Shown: positions 49,477-61,365, counted from the first letter of the stretch. The stretch: 64,000 nt of DNA from an uncultured delta proteobacterium (GCA_963772835.1 CAVYYZ010000002.1:384001-448000); one strand, 5' to 3'. The notes: generated by a model not told the origin, from the sequence alone. Made by a program: numbers and translations.

Positions 49477-49971
49477 ATGAAAAAACTCTGGATAGCACTG
49501 GTACTCGTACTGTCGCTCAGCACACTCTGTCTCGCCGCTGACAAGGTTGAAGCGCCCGATTCCTGTAAACAGTGCGGCATGGACCGGACTAAATTCGCGC
49601 ACAGCCGCATGATTGTGACATACACCGATGGCAGCAGCACCGGCACCTGCAGCATTAATTGTGTGGTGACTGAGATGAAGGAATCAAAAAAAGAGGTGAA
49701 ATCCTTCCAGGCAGCAGATTATAACAGCAGAAAACTGACCGACGCCAAAAATGCAACATGGGTGATCGGCGGCAGCAAGAAAGGCGTTATGACCAAAACA
49801 GCCAAGTGGGCGTTCGCCGAAAAAGCTGATGCGGCTGCCTTCATCAAGGCTAACGGCGGCAAGCTGGCTACATTCGATGAGGCGCTTACAGCTGCCGAAA
49901 AAGATGTTTCTGACCGGTCAAAGAGCATGATGCCCCACGAGCACAAAGGTCATGGCGAGCACAAGATGTAA
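49477..49971 (+). CDS. NosL-family protein with His/Met tail
   Basis: CKQCGMDR and CSINC. C-terminal MMPHEHKGHGEHKM. Confidence 0.85.
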   Translation: MKKLWIALVLVLSLSTLCLAADKVEAPDSCKQCGMDRTKFAHSRMIVTYTDGSSTGTCSINCVVTEMKESKKEVKSFQAADYNSRKLTDAKNATWVIGGSKKGVMTKTAKWAFAEKADAAAFIKANGGKLATFDEALTAAEKDVSDRSKSMMPHEHKGHGEHKM

Positions 49972-49990
49972 CTACCGGCCGCAACGTGAA

Positions 49991-50034
49991 CAGATGAGCC
50001 GGCAGAGCGTACCTCTGCCGGCTCATCTGCTTTC
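49991..50034 (+). terminator. strong hairpin closing the NosL operon
   Basis: 17-bp perfect stem CAGATGAGCCGGCAGAG/CTCTGCCGGCTCATCTG. Confidence 0.7.
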
Positions 50035-50107
50035 AGGCATGCGAGCGGTCAGTAATTGTAACGTGCGGACTTGGGCAGAATTATTCAGCGTACAAAAGGA
50101 ACATCGT

Positions 50108-50887
50108 ATGAAAGGATTCCGGCACGTGATTCCGGCAGTTCTCTTCTGCCTGCTACTGCAGTTTTCGGCAGTCCATGCGGAAATAACACCCCCCTCCCGG
50201 GAAGTGACTCACATAAGTCCGCTCTGCTCAAGCTTCAACGAATTCAACAGCATGATTCGCGACGGCCGAATTTCTAAAGTCACTGCACGCTCTGAACTAC
50301 CCGTGAAACTGGACGGGATTCGGGCTGAATATTACCAGCGCGGAGGCAGAAATTATTCGTCAGCAGAGTGGATTTTTCCGGTTGCCGGTTACGATTTCAA
50401 AGCCATCGACAGGGGGGGGAACCACGGATTCATTCCGCGCGGCTATAACTTCTTCAACGGTAACCGCCACGGCGGCCATCCGGCCTACGACATCTTTATC
50501 CGTGACAGGAACCAGGACAGCCGTGATGACCGGAGCGGTAAGGCGGTGTCGGTTCTCTCCATGACCGGAGGGATAGTGGTTGCCCTCGAAAAGGGATGGC
50601 ACCAGGGAAGTGCCCTTCGGGGAGGGAAGTATATCTGGATCTATGATCCCGCCAACGAGCTGCTGGTCTACTACGCCCATAATGAAGAACTGTTTGTTGA
50701 GTTGGGAGCAATAGTCCGGCCGGGTGATCTATTGGCAACGATTGGACGGAGCGGCCTGAACGCTGCAAAACGGCGCTCACCGACTCATCTGCATTTTAGT
50801 GTTCTCCGCATCACCGATGGTCAACCGCTACCGGTTCCGGTCTACCGTGATTTACAACGGACCGGAAGAATTCCAGCGCAGAATTGA
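50108..50887 (+). CDS. M23-family metallopeptidase
   Basis: HPAYD, YYAH and HLHF motifs, with a signal peptide. Confidence 0.9.
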   Translation: MKGFRHVIPAVLFCLLLQFSAVHAEITPPSREVTHISPLCSSFNEFNSMIRDGRISKVTARSELPVKLDGIRAEYYQRGGRNYSSAEWIFPVAGYDFKAIDRGGNHGFIPRGYNFFNGNRHGGHPAYDIFIRDRNQDSRDDRSGKAVSVLSMTGGIVVALEKGWHQGSALRGGKYIWIYDPANELLVYYAHNEELFVELGAIVRPGDLLATIGRSGLNAAKRRSPTHLHFSVLRITDGQPLPVPVYRDLQRTGRIPAQN

Positions 50888-51052
50888 ATTCGTCTGGTTC
50901 ATGCCTATCCCGTCCGTTAAATAATGCAAATTTTAGTTGGCTTTTCAATATAATACCGTTATATATGCTGCCACTATTCTCCATGACTGTACACACATTT
51001 GCCACACAGCCGCACCCCGATTGTCAACACCGACAAGGCCAAAGGGTTTTGC

Positions 51053-54000
51053 ATGATTGTTATGCCGGGATACAGCATATCGACGCTTCTCTACCGCGGT
51101 TACCGGACGGTTGTTTATCAGGCGGTTCGCACCCGTGATTCTCTTCCGGTAGTCTTAAAAACCCTTCAGCCCGAGTATGCCACACCTGAAAACTTCGGCC
51201 GTCTCAAACATGAATATGAAATAAGCAAAGAGCTCGATCTGGAAGGCGTTGTAAAAACTGTCGGCCTTGAATCGTACGACGGGGTACCGGTACTGGTACT
51301 GGAGGATTTCGGCGGTGTCTCCCTGAAAAGCCGAATACCGGCTGAAGGCATGAATACGACCGAATTTTTGAAATGCGCTGTACAAATTTCAAAGGCACTC
51401 GGCGAGTTACATTCCCGCCAGATCATTCATAAAGACATCAAACCCTCCAACTTTATCGTTAATCCTTCAACCGGAGTAACCAAGATCACCGACTTCGGCA
51501 TATCCTCGCGTCTGCAACAGGAATATTACTCGGCGGTGATCTCCGATTTTTTCGAAGGCAGCGTCATCTACATGTCCCCCGAGCAGACCGGCCGTATGAA
51601 TCGCGCGGTGGACTACCGGACCGACTTCTATTCCGTCGGCATCTCTTTTTACGAATTGCTGACCGGTCGACTCCCGTTCCAGGCAAAAGATCAAATGGAA
51701 TGGGTACATTGCCATATCGCCCGCCCACCCCTCCATCCCCATCTGGTTAATCCGGAGATTCCAGAGGCGCTGTCTGCCATCATAATGAAACTCATGGCAA
51801 AGACCGCAGAGGATCGCTATCAAAGCGCCCATGGTCTTGTCGCAGATCTGGAAAAGTGTCTGGAGCAGCTTGGTTCCGGAGGGAGAAATTGTTTTCTTTA
51901 CTCCCGGCAGTCAGGATGTGTCAAACCGGTTCCAGATCGCCCAGAAACTCTACGGCAGAGACGATGAGATTAAAACCCTGCTTGATGCCTTCGATCGCGT
52001 CTGTGAGGGGGGCTCGGAACTGGTGCTGGTGACCGGTTACTCCGGAATAGGAAAGTCACGGATCGTCAGGGAGATACACAAGCCGGTCGTCAGGCACCAC
52101 GGATATTTCATCAGCGGCAAATTCGACCAGTTCCAGCGGGACACTCCCTACGTCTGCCTGATCCAGGCCTTCCGTGAACTTGTTAACCAGATTCTTACCG
52201 AGAGTGACGAAGCGATCGCCCGTTGGAAAAAACGGCTGGCGGAGGCCCTCGATCGTAACGGCCAGGTTATCATAGATGTTATCCCCGAAGTGCAGCAGAT
52301 CATCGGTGAGCAGCACCTGTTGCAGGAACTCCCGGCGGCGGAATCACAGAATCGTTTCAACATGGTTTTCAGACAGTTCGTGGGCGTATTTGCGAGAAAA
52401 GAACACCCCCTGGTCATTTTCACCGACGACCTCCACTGGGCCGACACCGCCTCCCTGAAACTGGTGCAGAATATCATTTCTGCTCCTGACACGTGTCATG
52501 TCCTTCTGATTGGAGCCTACCGCGATAATGAAGTGGACAGTACCCACCCTCTCATGCACGCTCTCGAGGAAATTAAAAGTTCCGGGGCGGCGCTCCAGAT
52601 CATCTCGCTCGGCGCGCTCGGTGCCGGTGACATCACCCGGTTGATCGGTGACTCTTTTGCCACTCCTGCGAATGAGTCACAATCTCTGGCAGAGCTGCTG
52701 CTCGCCAAAACCGGAGGAAATCCATATTTTGTCAATGAACTTCTGAAGAAGCTCCATGACGACGGCTTGTTGACGTTTGAACCTTCAAACAGCTGCTGGA
52801 ACTGGGATCTGAAACAGGTTGAGCGGGTTCGCATTGCTAACAGCATGGCGGAACTGATTGCCGGAAAAATGCACAATCTGCCGGAGACGACCCGGCGCGC
52901 GTTAAGTTTTGGGGCCTGTATCGGCAGTCAATTCACTCTCGCAACCCTCGCCCTCGTGATGGCACACACAGAGAATGAAACAGCTCGAGACCTCTGGCCC
53001 GCCGTATGTGGCGGGTTCATATTTACCGAAGGCAGCTTCAATATCGACCGGTGGTATGAATCCCGGACTTCTGTCCTTTTTTCTTTTATTCACGACAGTG
53101 TCCAGCAGGCCTCCTACTCGCTCATGGACGAGGATGCCCGGCGTGAGACCCACGTCAGAATCGGGCGGCAGTTGCTGGAAAACTCCTCTCCGGAGGAGCG
53201 GGAAACCCGTTTGTTCGATATTGTCAACCACCTTGACGACACCAGGGCGATGATAACCGATCCGGCGGAACGAAAACTGGTGGCCGGACTCAACCTGAAA
53301 GCCGGAGAAAAGGCGCTGGCTTCAAACGCATACGAATCGGCCCTCAAGTACCTTACGACCGCGATGGATCTATTGGAGGAAGACCCCTGGCGGAGCGATT
53401 ATCATCTCACCAGCTCACTTCACATCAAACGGCTTGAGTGTGAGCTGCTCTGCAACAATTTTGAACAGGCTGAGCGGCTTTTTGATGAAAACCTCAAAAT
53501 GCTTAGGACCCCGTCAGAAAAGGCTGTTGTCTACACTATTAAAATCGTTCTCTGCTCCAACCTGGGGCGCTTCAGTGAGGCCATAAATCTTGGAGCAGAG
53601 GCGTTGAGGATGTTCGGGGTTACGCTTCCTTTCACTCCCGGCAAACCGGCAATTCTTCTGCAATACCTTAAATCCCGCCGGCTTCGTGCCCGGAGGAGGC
53701 GTGAAGGGTACACCGAAATCGCAGAGCTCATCCGCCTGCCGGAGATGTCCGATCCGGACATGCTGGCAGTCATGGGCATCCTGTCGAACATCGGAGCACC
53801 ATCATATCTGCATGACAAGAACCAGTTTGCCCTGATCGCCATGATGATGGTCAATCTATCGCTCGAGCATGGCAACAACGCACTGTCATCAATCGCATAC
53901 AGTCTCTACGGGATGATGATTATCGCCGCCTTTGGTGAATTTGACAGCGGGTATGATTTCGGGATCATGGCTCTCAGGCTGAATGAAAATTCCGGGAACA

Positions 54001-56414
54001 CCCTTGCAAGAGGCAAGACCGCCTTTGTATTTCATAATTTCATTGCCCACCGCAAGAAACCTCTTTCGCAGGGGAGTGATGCGCTCAAAGATATTTTTCA
54101 GGAGTGCCTTCGCTGCGGCGACCTCATGTATGCCGGATATTCACTCCTGGCGCGCATTCTGCATCTTTCCACAGCCGGCACCCCCCTGGGCACGCTCCTG
54201 ACGGAAGGGGACCGGTATCTTGAATTTCTGCAACGGGTGCAAAACGAGGATGCGGTTCTCTTCGTCAGGGTCGTACAGCAGACAGCTCTCTGTCTGATGG
54301 GAAAGACCCGCGAAATATCCTGCTTCACAGACGACCGGTACGACGAAGAGCGCCAGCGTGACCTGATGATGGATAAGAAGGCATTAGTCCCGTTACAGGG
54401 GTTTTACCTGTTCAAGGGCATGACACTCTATATCCTGGGAGACTATGAAAACTCCCTTAAAATGGCCGAGAAATCTGAGGCGCTTTCCGAAGAAGCCCTC
54501 TGCCAGTCATATCATGCCGATCATTATCTCTATTATTCTCTTGCCATTGCCGCGATGTGGCACGAGCTGCCATGGAGAAGGAAGATACACTTCAAAACTG
54601 TCCTGAACAGAAATCTGAAAAAGCTTGCGGCCTGGTCGCGGCACTGCCCGGAGAACTTCCGTCACAAAGAATTGCTCGTAGCAGGGGAAATCGCCAGAAC
54701 GTCAGGAGAGGCTTCGCAGGCACTCAGGATGTTTGAAAAAGCAGCCGCTGCCGCCGTTGAGAACGGTTTCATTCACTGCGGAGCGATCGCCTCTGAACTT
54801 TCCGCAGAAATATATCTGGCACAGGGGGCCGAGACAGCGGCACGCGCATGTATGGTAAAGGCCCGTAACGCTTTCTCGGTCTGGGGCGCAGCGGCCAAAG
54901 TGAAACTCCTGGAGGAGAGCCGCCCCGAATGGTTCATGACTCCGGATGTTATATCGCCCTCAAGCGGCGAAACGACTCATACCGCGACTGCGGCATCCAC
55001 CTCCGGCGGCAGCGGGGCGCTGGACATGATGACTGTCATCAAGGTGTCACAGGCTATTTCGGGGGAGGTCTACCTTGACCGCCTGTTGCACCGTCTGCTC
55101 GGCTTTGTAATTGAGAACGCCGGGGCAGACCGGGGAATTCTGGTACTGAAGCGGGATAACAGGCTGTTCATCGAAGCTGAAGGCACGACCGACACCGACA
55201 GCACCGTCGTTCTCCAGTCCATACCGGTTGACGGCTGCCGCGGTATACCCGAATCAATTGTAAATTATGTTGCGCGGACAAATGACTATGTGGTGCTGGA
55301 TGATGCCGCCAATAACGGCAAATTTGCCCACGATCCGTACATTCTTGAGAAATCCTCAAAATCCATTCTCTGTACTCCCATCGTCAATCAGGGAAGGATG
55401 ACCGGCGTCCTCTACCTGGAGAACAGTCTTGCAACCGGTGCCTTTACAAAGCAAAGGCTCAGAGTGCTTGAACTCCTCTCATCACAGGTCGCAATCTCAA
55501 TTGAGAATGCGCGATTGTATGAGGGTTTGAAGAGTGCGACTGAAGAGCTTGAGGAGTACAACCGGACTCTGGAACAAAAGGTTGAGATACGCACGAAGGA
55601 GTTGAGCGAAGAGGTTGAAATTCGAAAAAAAGCTGAGGAAACGGCCGAAGAGGCGAACAGAATTAAATCCAATTTTCTCAGTACCGTTTCACATGAATTA
55701 CGGACTCCGCTGACCTCAGTGCTCGGCTTTGCACGAATTATCAGAAAGAAGCTGGATGAATCGGTGCTGCCGGCTCTCAAACTTGAAGACACGAAAGCAG
55801 CAAAATCACTGGGACAGATCCGGGACGTCACCGAGATTATTATCATTGAGGGAGAGCGCCTCACGTTACTGATAGACGATGTGCTTGACCTGGCTAAAAT
55901 GGAAGCCGGCAAGATCACCTGGAATGTGCAGCAGCTTTCGATAGCCGAAATCATCGACCGGGCAACATCGTCGGTATCCTCGCTTCTGGAACAGAAAAAT
56001 CTGCAATTGATCACGACCATCGACGACGGGTTGCCGGAAATATCAGGCGACCGGGATCGACTGATACAGGTAGTCATCAACCTGATTTCAAACGCCTGGA
56101 AATTTACCAATGAAGGTTCGATTACAATTCATGCCTGCCTGATTGAAGTGACAGAGGGACATCCGTTCATACAGGTCGGCATTACCGACACCGGCATCGG
56201 CATCAGTCCGGAAGACCTGGAGAAGGTGTTCGAAAAGTTCAAACAGGTGGGTGACACCCTGACTGACAAGCCGAAAGGGACTGGGCTGGGACTGCCGATC
56301 TGCAGAGAAATCGTGGATTATCACGGCGGCAGTATCTGGGTGGACAGCGAACCCGGCAAAGGGAGTACGTTCTTCTTTACTATTTCAACTGAACCTCGAT
56401 ATGCCACTACATGA
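51053..56414 (+). CDS. hybrid Ser/Thr kinase - AAA ATPase - GAF - histidine kinase, with a one-base frame break near 51880-51890
   Basis: HKDIKPSN, DFG and YMSPEQTGRMNR in the first frame. GYSGIGKS, GAF (LYLEN), SHELRTPL, NAWKFT and GTGLGL in the second. Confidence 0.92.
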
Positions 56415-56425
56415 GGAGAATGATC

Positions 56426-56803
56426 ATGCCTAAAATACTGATAGTTGATGACGAGCCGTACATCCGGCAACTGCTTGAACTGACGCTGGAGGAGTTGGAG
56501 GATGAAGGAGTGGAACTGCTGTCCTCCACTAATGGGGATGAGGCGCTGGAAGCGATACTAAAGGAAAAACCCTGTCTGGTTTTTCTTGATGTGATGATGC
56601 CGAAAAAGAACGGATTCGAAGTCTGCAATGTGGTGAAAAACGAACGGGGCATGACTGATATCTACGTTGTTCTGTTAACAGCTAAAGGTCAGGAATTCGA
56701 CAAGGAAAAGGGGCGGGAGGTTGGGGCTGACATGTACATGACAAAACCCTTTAATCCGGACGAGGTTCTCGCTAAGGCCCGGGAAATAACAGCACGGCCG
56801 TAA
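56426..56803 (+). CDS. single-domain response regulator
   Basis: ILIVDDE, LDVMMP and KPF. Confidence 0.95.
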   Translation: MPKILIVDDEPYIRQLLELTLEELEDEGVELLSSTNGDEALEAILKEKPCLVFLDVMMPKKNGFEVCNVVKNERGMTDIYVVLLTAKGQEFDKEKGREVGADMYMTKPFNPDEVLAKAREITARP

Positions 56804-56842
56804 TTTTTTATTTTATCAATCAATTCACAGGTGGGGAAGCGC

Positions 56843-58216
56843 ATGGCAAAAGCGGTACTCAAAAGATTACTGGCGAAATCTGAGATTTCAACACTTGTAC
56901 AGGCATGCTGTCAAACAGTACAGACGCCTGTCCGCATCTTTGATAACAAAGGGACACCGCTGTTCGGAGAATCAGGCGAACAAAAATTCAGATGTACGAT
57001 TCCCCTGAGAGAGGGGGACAAAATCATCGGTGAGGTCAAAGGGGGAGATGACTGCACCATCGTGGTTTCCCTGCTGCAATACATGATAAATGCCGAGTCT
57101 GAGCGGGTGGCTCTGGGGCGCGAAACGCTCGAAAAGTACCGGGAAATCAGCATGCTCTGTGACTTCGGAGCAAAAATCGGCAGTTGTCTGGAAACGAATG
57201 AGGTCGTCCGAATTATAACAAGTGAAATCAGAAAAATGGTGGCTGCAGATGTCATTGCCGTGCTGCTGTGTGACGACCATGAGGTTGTAACCGACATACT
57301 CTCTGATAACGGGAGCGGAGGAGATCTTCTGGTCGTGTCGCTTGCAGAGGGTGAAGTGGTGGGAAACTTCCTGATAACGGCCACACCGGAGATCGTAAAC
57401 AACCTGGCATCCGACCCCCGCTCCGCCGCCCTCCCCCGGACATTCAGCTCCATGATGTGTACCCCGCTTAAAATCCAGGAAAAAACTGTAGGATACGTCT
57501 GTGCGGCAAGTCTGAAACGGACGGAGTACCGGGCCCGGGACTTGAAGCTGCTCACCACACTTTCAGATCAGACCGCAGTGGCTCTCGAAAAAGCCCGGCT
57601 GTATAAACGGCTGGAAGAGACCTTCTACGCCATGGTCCGGACTCTGGCAGAAACGATTGAAAAGCGCGACCCGTATACCGGGAACCATACCAAACGGGTG
57701 GTTGATTACAGCCTTGCCATCGCCGGAAAGCTCGGACTGCCGAAAGAGTATTACGTCAGGCTCGAACTCGCAGCAGCCCTGCATGATATAGGAAAACTGG
57801 GGGTGCGCGATGATGTACTCCTGAAAAACGGACCGTTGACGCGTGAGGAATTTGCTCAGATGAAGAAACATCCGACATATGGAGAAGAGATTTTGAAACA
57901 TATCAAACATCTCGAAGATGTCATTCCGGGCATAAAATATCACCACGAGCGCTGCGATGGGAGAGGCTATCCGTACGGCTTGAAAGGAGAGGAGATCGAC
58001 ATCACCGCCAGAATCATTGCTGTTGCAGACTCTTTTGACGCCATGACAACAGACCGGCCGTATCGTGCGGCGCTTTCTCCGGATGTTGCAATCAAAGAAC
58101 TGATCAGGTTCAGCGGCACCCAGTTTGATTCTGCAGTAGTAGAGGCATTCCTGTCGGTTCCGGTTCAGAAAAATCCGGGGATAAGAGCTGCTCGAAAGGG
58201 GTCGTCAGATGCATGA
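56843..58216 (+). CDS. GAF plus HD-GYP cyclic dinucleotide phosphodiesterase
   Basis: RDPYTGNH, HDIGK, HHERCDGRGYP and DAMTTDRPYR. Confidence 0.93.
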   Translation: MAKAVLKRLLAKSEISTLVQACCQTVQTPVRIFDNKGTPLFGESGEQKFRCTIPLREGDKIIGEVKGGDDCTIVVSLLQYMINAESERVALGRETLEKYREISMLCDFGAKIGSCLETNEVVRIITSEIRKMVAADVIAVLLCDDHEVVTDILSDNGSGGDLLVVSLAEGEVVGNFLITATPEIVNNLASDPRSAALPRTFSSMMCTPLKIQEKTVGYVCAASLKRTEYRARDLKLLTTLSDQTAVALEKARLYKRLEETFYAMVRTLAETIEKRDPYTGNHTKRVVDYSLAIAGKLGLPKEYYVRLELAAALHDIGKLGVRDDVLLKNGPLTREEFAQMKKHPTYGEEILKHIKHLEDVIPGIKYHHERCDGRGYPYGLKGEEIDITARIIAVADSFDAMTTDRPYRAALSPDVAIKELIRFSGTQFDSAVVEAFLSVPVQKNPGIRAARKGSSDA

Positions 58217-59576
58217 AGACATGTTCGATGTTGTAATCATCGGGGGCGGACCGGCCGGCCTCAGTATCGCCTCGGAGCTTTCTGCGGAGTGCCGGGTACT
58301 GGTGCTTGAAAAGGGGATCGCGGGGGCAACAGACCGGTTCTGGTTTGTTCCACCGGAAGTGCTGGATGAAACGACTGAACGGTTTTCGTATGGAGGTGTG
58401 ACCCGCTTCCTTACCAGAACCTACAGCATGAACGGCAATGATCTTGCCTGGCGGGCAAAACTGTATGACCGCTATCCGTATATCAAGGATCGCGAACTCC
58501 TGACACATTGGGTCGGGGTAATACGGGGCAACGGCTCACAGGTGCGTGAAAACTGCACCTACATGGATCACGTGACTGATGATACCGGCGTCTCCGTGAC
58601 CAGCAGCAGCGGGAACTTTCGGGCCCGGCTCCTCATTGATGCCTCAGGGTACAGTTCGACGATCGTCAAAAAATACGCAATAGATCAAAGCGAGTTCTAC
58701 TGGTGGTCAGTGTATGGAGCCGTTGGCGAACACCCGGACGGCATCGGTGAGATGCAGGTTGGCGATTATATGATGTGGCAAACGTTCAAGGACGCAGATC
58801 CCGGTTCGCTGGCCGACGGAAAACCGGTTTTTGAATATGAGATCCTGGATGAAAAAAGTTCATATTCATTGATTCTCTATCTCCGCAAGGAGATGGTCGA
58901 CCTGGAAACCATGAAAGCCGAGTACACACGAATCATTACCAACGAAGATTCCACGAAGGATTTTCATAATCTGAAGGTATCCAGCTATCGCTATGGTTGG
59001 TATCCGTCCGGGGCGCTTTCGCAGCAGATCGCCGAAAACCGGGTTGCCTTCGCCGGAGACTCCGGCTGCTGGACCACCCCCTGCGGTTGGGGAATGACGT
59101 TTATTCTTAATAACTACCGGCACTTTGCCAAAGGCATTCTGACGTGTCTGGCGCATGATACTCTCGACAAACAGGGCCTTCTGAATGCGTCACTGTACCG
59201 GATTCATGATAAATACGAAATAATGATGAATGTCATAGCAACTCATTTTCTCGCCAACGCGACAACGAAGGAGCTTGACCGCTTCATAAACCTTTTCAGG
59301 ATCATCGATCCGATCCTCTGTGAAAAAGTATTTACACTGAAAATGAGTCAGAGTGAGCTGGCGGAAATTCTGCCGGTTGTACTTGAAGAATTCAGCCTCG
59401 CAGAATTATGCCGGATCATTCCGGCTGTCGGGTTCAAGAATCTCCTGCTGGAGGTAGGATACTGCATTGAGGATCTGCTGTTTGATTCTATCAGAGACCT
59501 GTTCAGTTCGAGTCCAGCGTCTGAAACTGATGACGGATTTGATTTTGACGCCGCCGATGCCTGTCCGAATGGCTGA
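58209..59576 (+). CDS. FAD-dependent oxidoreductase (lycopene cyclase/geranylgeranyl reductase-like fold)
   Basis: DVVIIGGGPAG, IDASG and GDSG. Overlaps the HD-GYP stop. Confidence 0.8.
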   Translation: MHEDMFDVVIIGGGPAGLSIASELSAECRVLVLEKGIAGATDRFWFVPPEVLDETTERFSYGGVTRFLTRTYSMNGNDLAWRAKLYDRYPYIKDRELLTHWVGVIRGNGSQVRENCTYMDHVTDDTGVSVTSSSGNFRARLLIDASGYSSTIVKKYAIDQSEFYWWSVYGAVGEHPDGIGEMQVGDYMMWQTFKDADPGSLADGKPVFEYEILDEKSSYSLILYLRKEMVDLETMKAEYTRIITNEDSTKDFHNLKVSSYRYGWYPSGALSQQIAENRVAFAGDSGCWTTPCGWGMTFILNNYRHFAKGILTCLAHDTLDKQGLLNASLYRIHDKYEIMMNVIATHFLANATTKELDRFINLFRIIDPILCEKVFTLKMSQSELAEILPVVLEEFSLAELCRIIPAVGFKNLLLEVGYCIEDLLFDSIRDLFSSSPASETDDGFDFDAADACPNG

Positions 59577-59592
59577 CCGGGATAGACAGGGG

Positions 59593-60579
59593 TTATTTCC
59601 CCGCCAGCTTGCTTTCCCAGCGCCAGGCATCCGCCACAATCGTCTCGAGATTGTTATAAAGCGGCTGCCAGCCGGTCAGTGACCTGACTTTATCGGCTCT
59701 GGCCACCAGCGAAGCCGGATCTCCCGGGCGACGTTCCGCCTCGACAACCTTTAGATCAACACCGCTGACTTTTTTAACAACCTCCAGAACTTCGCGAACA
59801 CTGCTGCCATGACCATAGCCGACGTTCATGGCGGTTGATTCGCCCCCGTTCTCCAGGTATGTCAATGAGCAGAGGTGAGCCGAAGCAAGGTCTTCGATGT
59901 GGATGTAATCGCGGATACCGGTGCCGTCAGGGGTCGGATAATCGGTGCCGTAGATGCTGACACAGTCACGCATGCCGAGTGCCGCCTGACAGGCAACCTT
60001 GATCAGGTGCGTCGCTTCCGGAGTGCGCTGTCCCATGCGTGCCAGCGGGTCGGCACCTGCTACGTTGAAGTAACGCAGCGCAACGTATTGAATGTCATGC
60101 GCCGACGCGACATCACGCAGCATCCACTCACTCATCAGCTTCGAGGTACCGTAGGGATTGATCGGTGCCTGGGCACTCTCTTCCGACGCCACTCCGCCGT
60201 CGGGAATACCGTACACCGCAGCGGTACTGGAGAAAATAAAGCGTTTGACACCGTATTTCACGCACGCTTCAAGAAGCCCCAGCGTGTTCCGGGTATTATT
60301 GCCGTAGTATTTGAGAGGCTTTGAAACCGATTCCGGGGCGATGATGGCAGCGGCAAAATGCAGAACAGTGGTGAAGCGATACCGTTGAAAAAGCTCTTCC
60401 AGCCCCTCCCGGTCAGCCAGTTCACCTTCAACCAGCTTTTCACCATGCATCAGGGCATCACAAAATCCGGTGGAAAGATTATCATAGACGACTACCGTGC
60501 GCCCCGATTCTGAGAGCTGACGTACCACATGACTGCCGATATACCCGCAACCGCCGGTGACTAGTATTGTTTCTGACAT
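59593..60579 (-). CDS. galE: UDP-glucose 4-epimerase
   Basis: GGCGYIGSH, FSSTAAVYG, YGTSK and DGTGIRDYIH. Confidence 0.96.
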   Translation of the reverse strand: MSETILVTGGCGYIGSHVVRQLSESGRTVVVYDNLSTGFCDALMHGEKLVEGELADREGLEELFQRYRFTTVLHFAAAIIAPESVSKPLKYYGNNTRNTLGLLEACVKYGVKRFIFSSTAAVYGIPDGGVASEESAQAPINPYGTSKLMSEWMLRDVASAHDIQYVALRYFNVAGADPLARMGQRTPEATHLIKVACQAALGMRDCVSIYGTDYPTPDGTGIRDYIHIEDLASAHLCSLTYLENGGESTAMNVGYGHGSSVREVLEVVKKVSGVDLKVVEAERRPGDPASLVARADKVRSLTGWQPLYNNLETIVADAWRWESKLAGK

Positions 60580-60594
60580 GAGAGGTGCCTTTAC

Positions 60595-61365
60595 TTAAGA
60601 AATGTAGGTATGAATATTTTTCAGTGCCCGCTGCAGATGTTCGGTATTGTGGGCTTCGACCGTCCAGACGGCATCAGGCGCGTAGTGATTCAGCATCGGA
60701 AAAAACTGCTCAAAATTAATGGCGCCCTCCCCCACCGGCAGATGTTCATCGCTTTGACCATGATTGTCATGGATATGGCTCTCGACAATATATCCCCCCA
60801 ATTCGCTGAACCACTCGTCAAGGGTTACGGTTGTAAACATATTCCAGTGCCCGATATCAAAACAGTGCCGGAAGCAGGGATCATCAATAGCATCAAGCAG
60901 AGCCTTGAGTGTGGAAGGTTCCTTTTCGTAGATATTCTCAACTGCCAGGATTGTGCCGATCTCACGGGCCCGGGGGACAAAGTCCTGCCAGAAATCAATG
61001 CTGTTTTTCAACCAGACCAGACGATTGTCGCCGTAATGGAGATCATCATACCCGGGGTGAACAACGATTACCGACGGGCGGAGAAGTTCGGCTGCCTTCA
61101 TGACCTGCTGGATACGATGTCGGCTGGCAGCGCGGATACTTGGGTCAACCGCACCCGGGTTGAGATCCAGAAAAGGTGCGTGGATCGTCGTTGCAAGGCC
61201 GGCCGAGTGCAGCGCACCTGCCAGTGAATACAGTTCTTCCCAGACCAGATGATCGAGCGCTTCAGCCGAAAAAAAAACTTCGGGGTTAATGCGATGCGCA
61301 ACGGCATATTCCAGGTGTTCCGCCAAACGGGTAAACGGTACATGGGCGTGTATGTTATTTTTCAT
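60595..61365 (-). CDS. sugar-phosphate isomerase/epimerase (AP-endonuclease-2 TIM barrel)
   Basis: HAPF.DLN, VEN, DIGH and HIHDN.G..D.H. Confidence 0.88.
   Translation of the reverse strand: MKNNIHAHVPFTRLAEHLEYAVAHRINPEVFFSAEALDHLVWEELYSLAGALHSAGLATTIHAPFLDLNPGAVDPSIRAASRHRIQQVMKAAELLRPSVIVVHPGYDDLHYGDNRLVWLKNSIDFWQDFVPRAREIGTILAVENIYEKEPSTLKALLDAIDDPCFRHCFDIGHWNMFTTVTLDEWFSELGGYIVESHIHDNHGQSDEHLPVGEGAINFEQFFPMLNHYAPDAVWTVEAHNTEHLQRALKNIHTYIS

Noticed and set aside
51831..51967. Separate kinase and histidine-kinase genes
   Set aside because: The domain order matches the known single-chain fusion, and removing one base near 51885 joins them.
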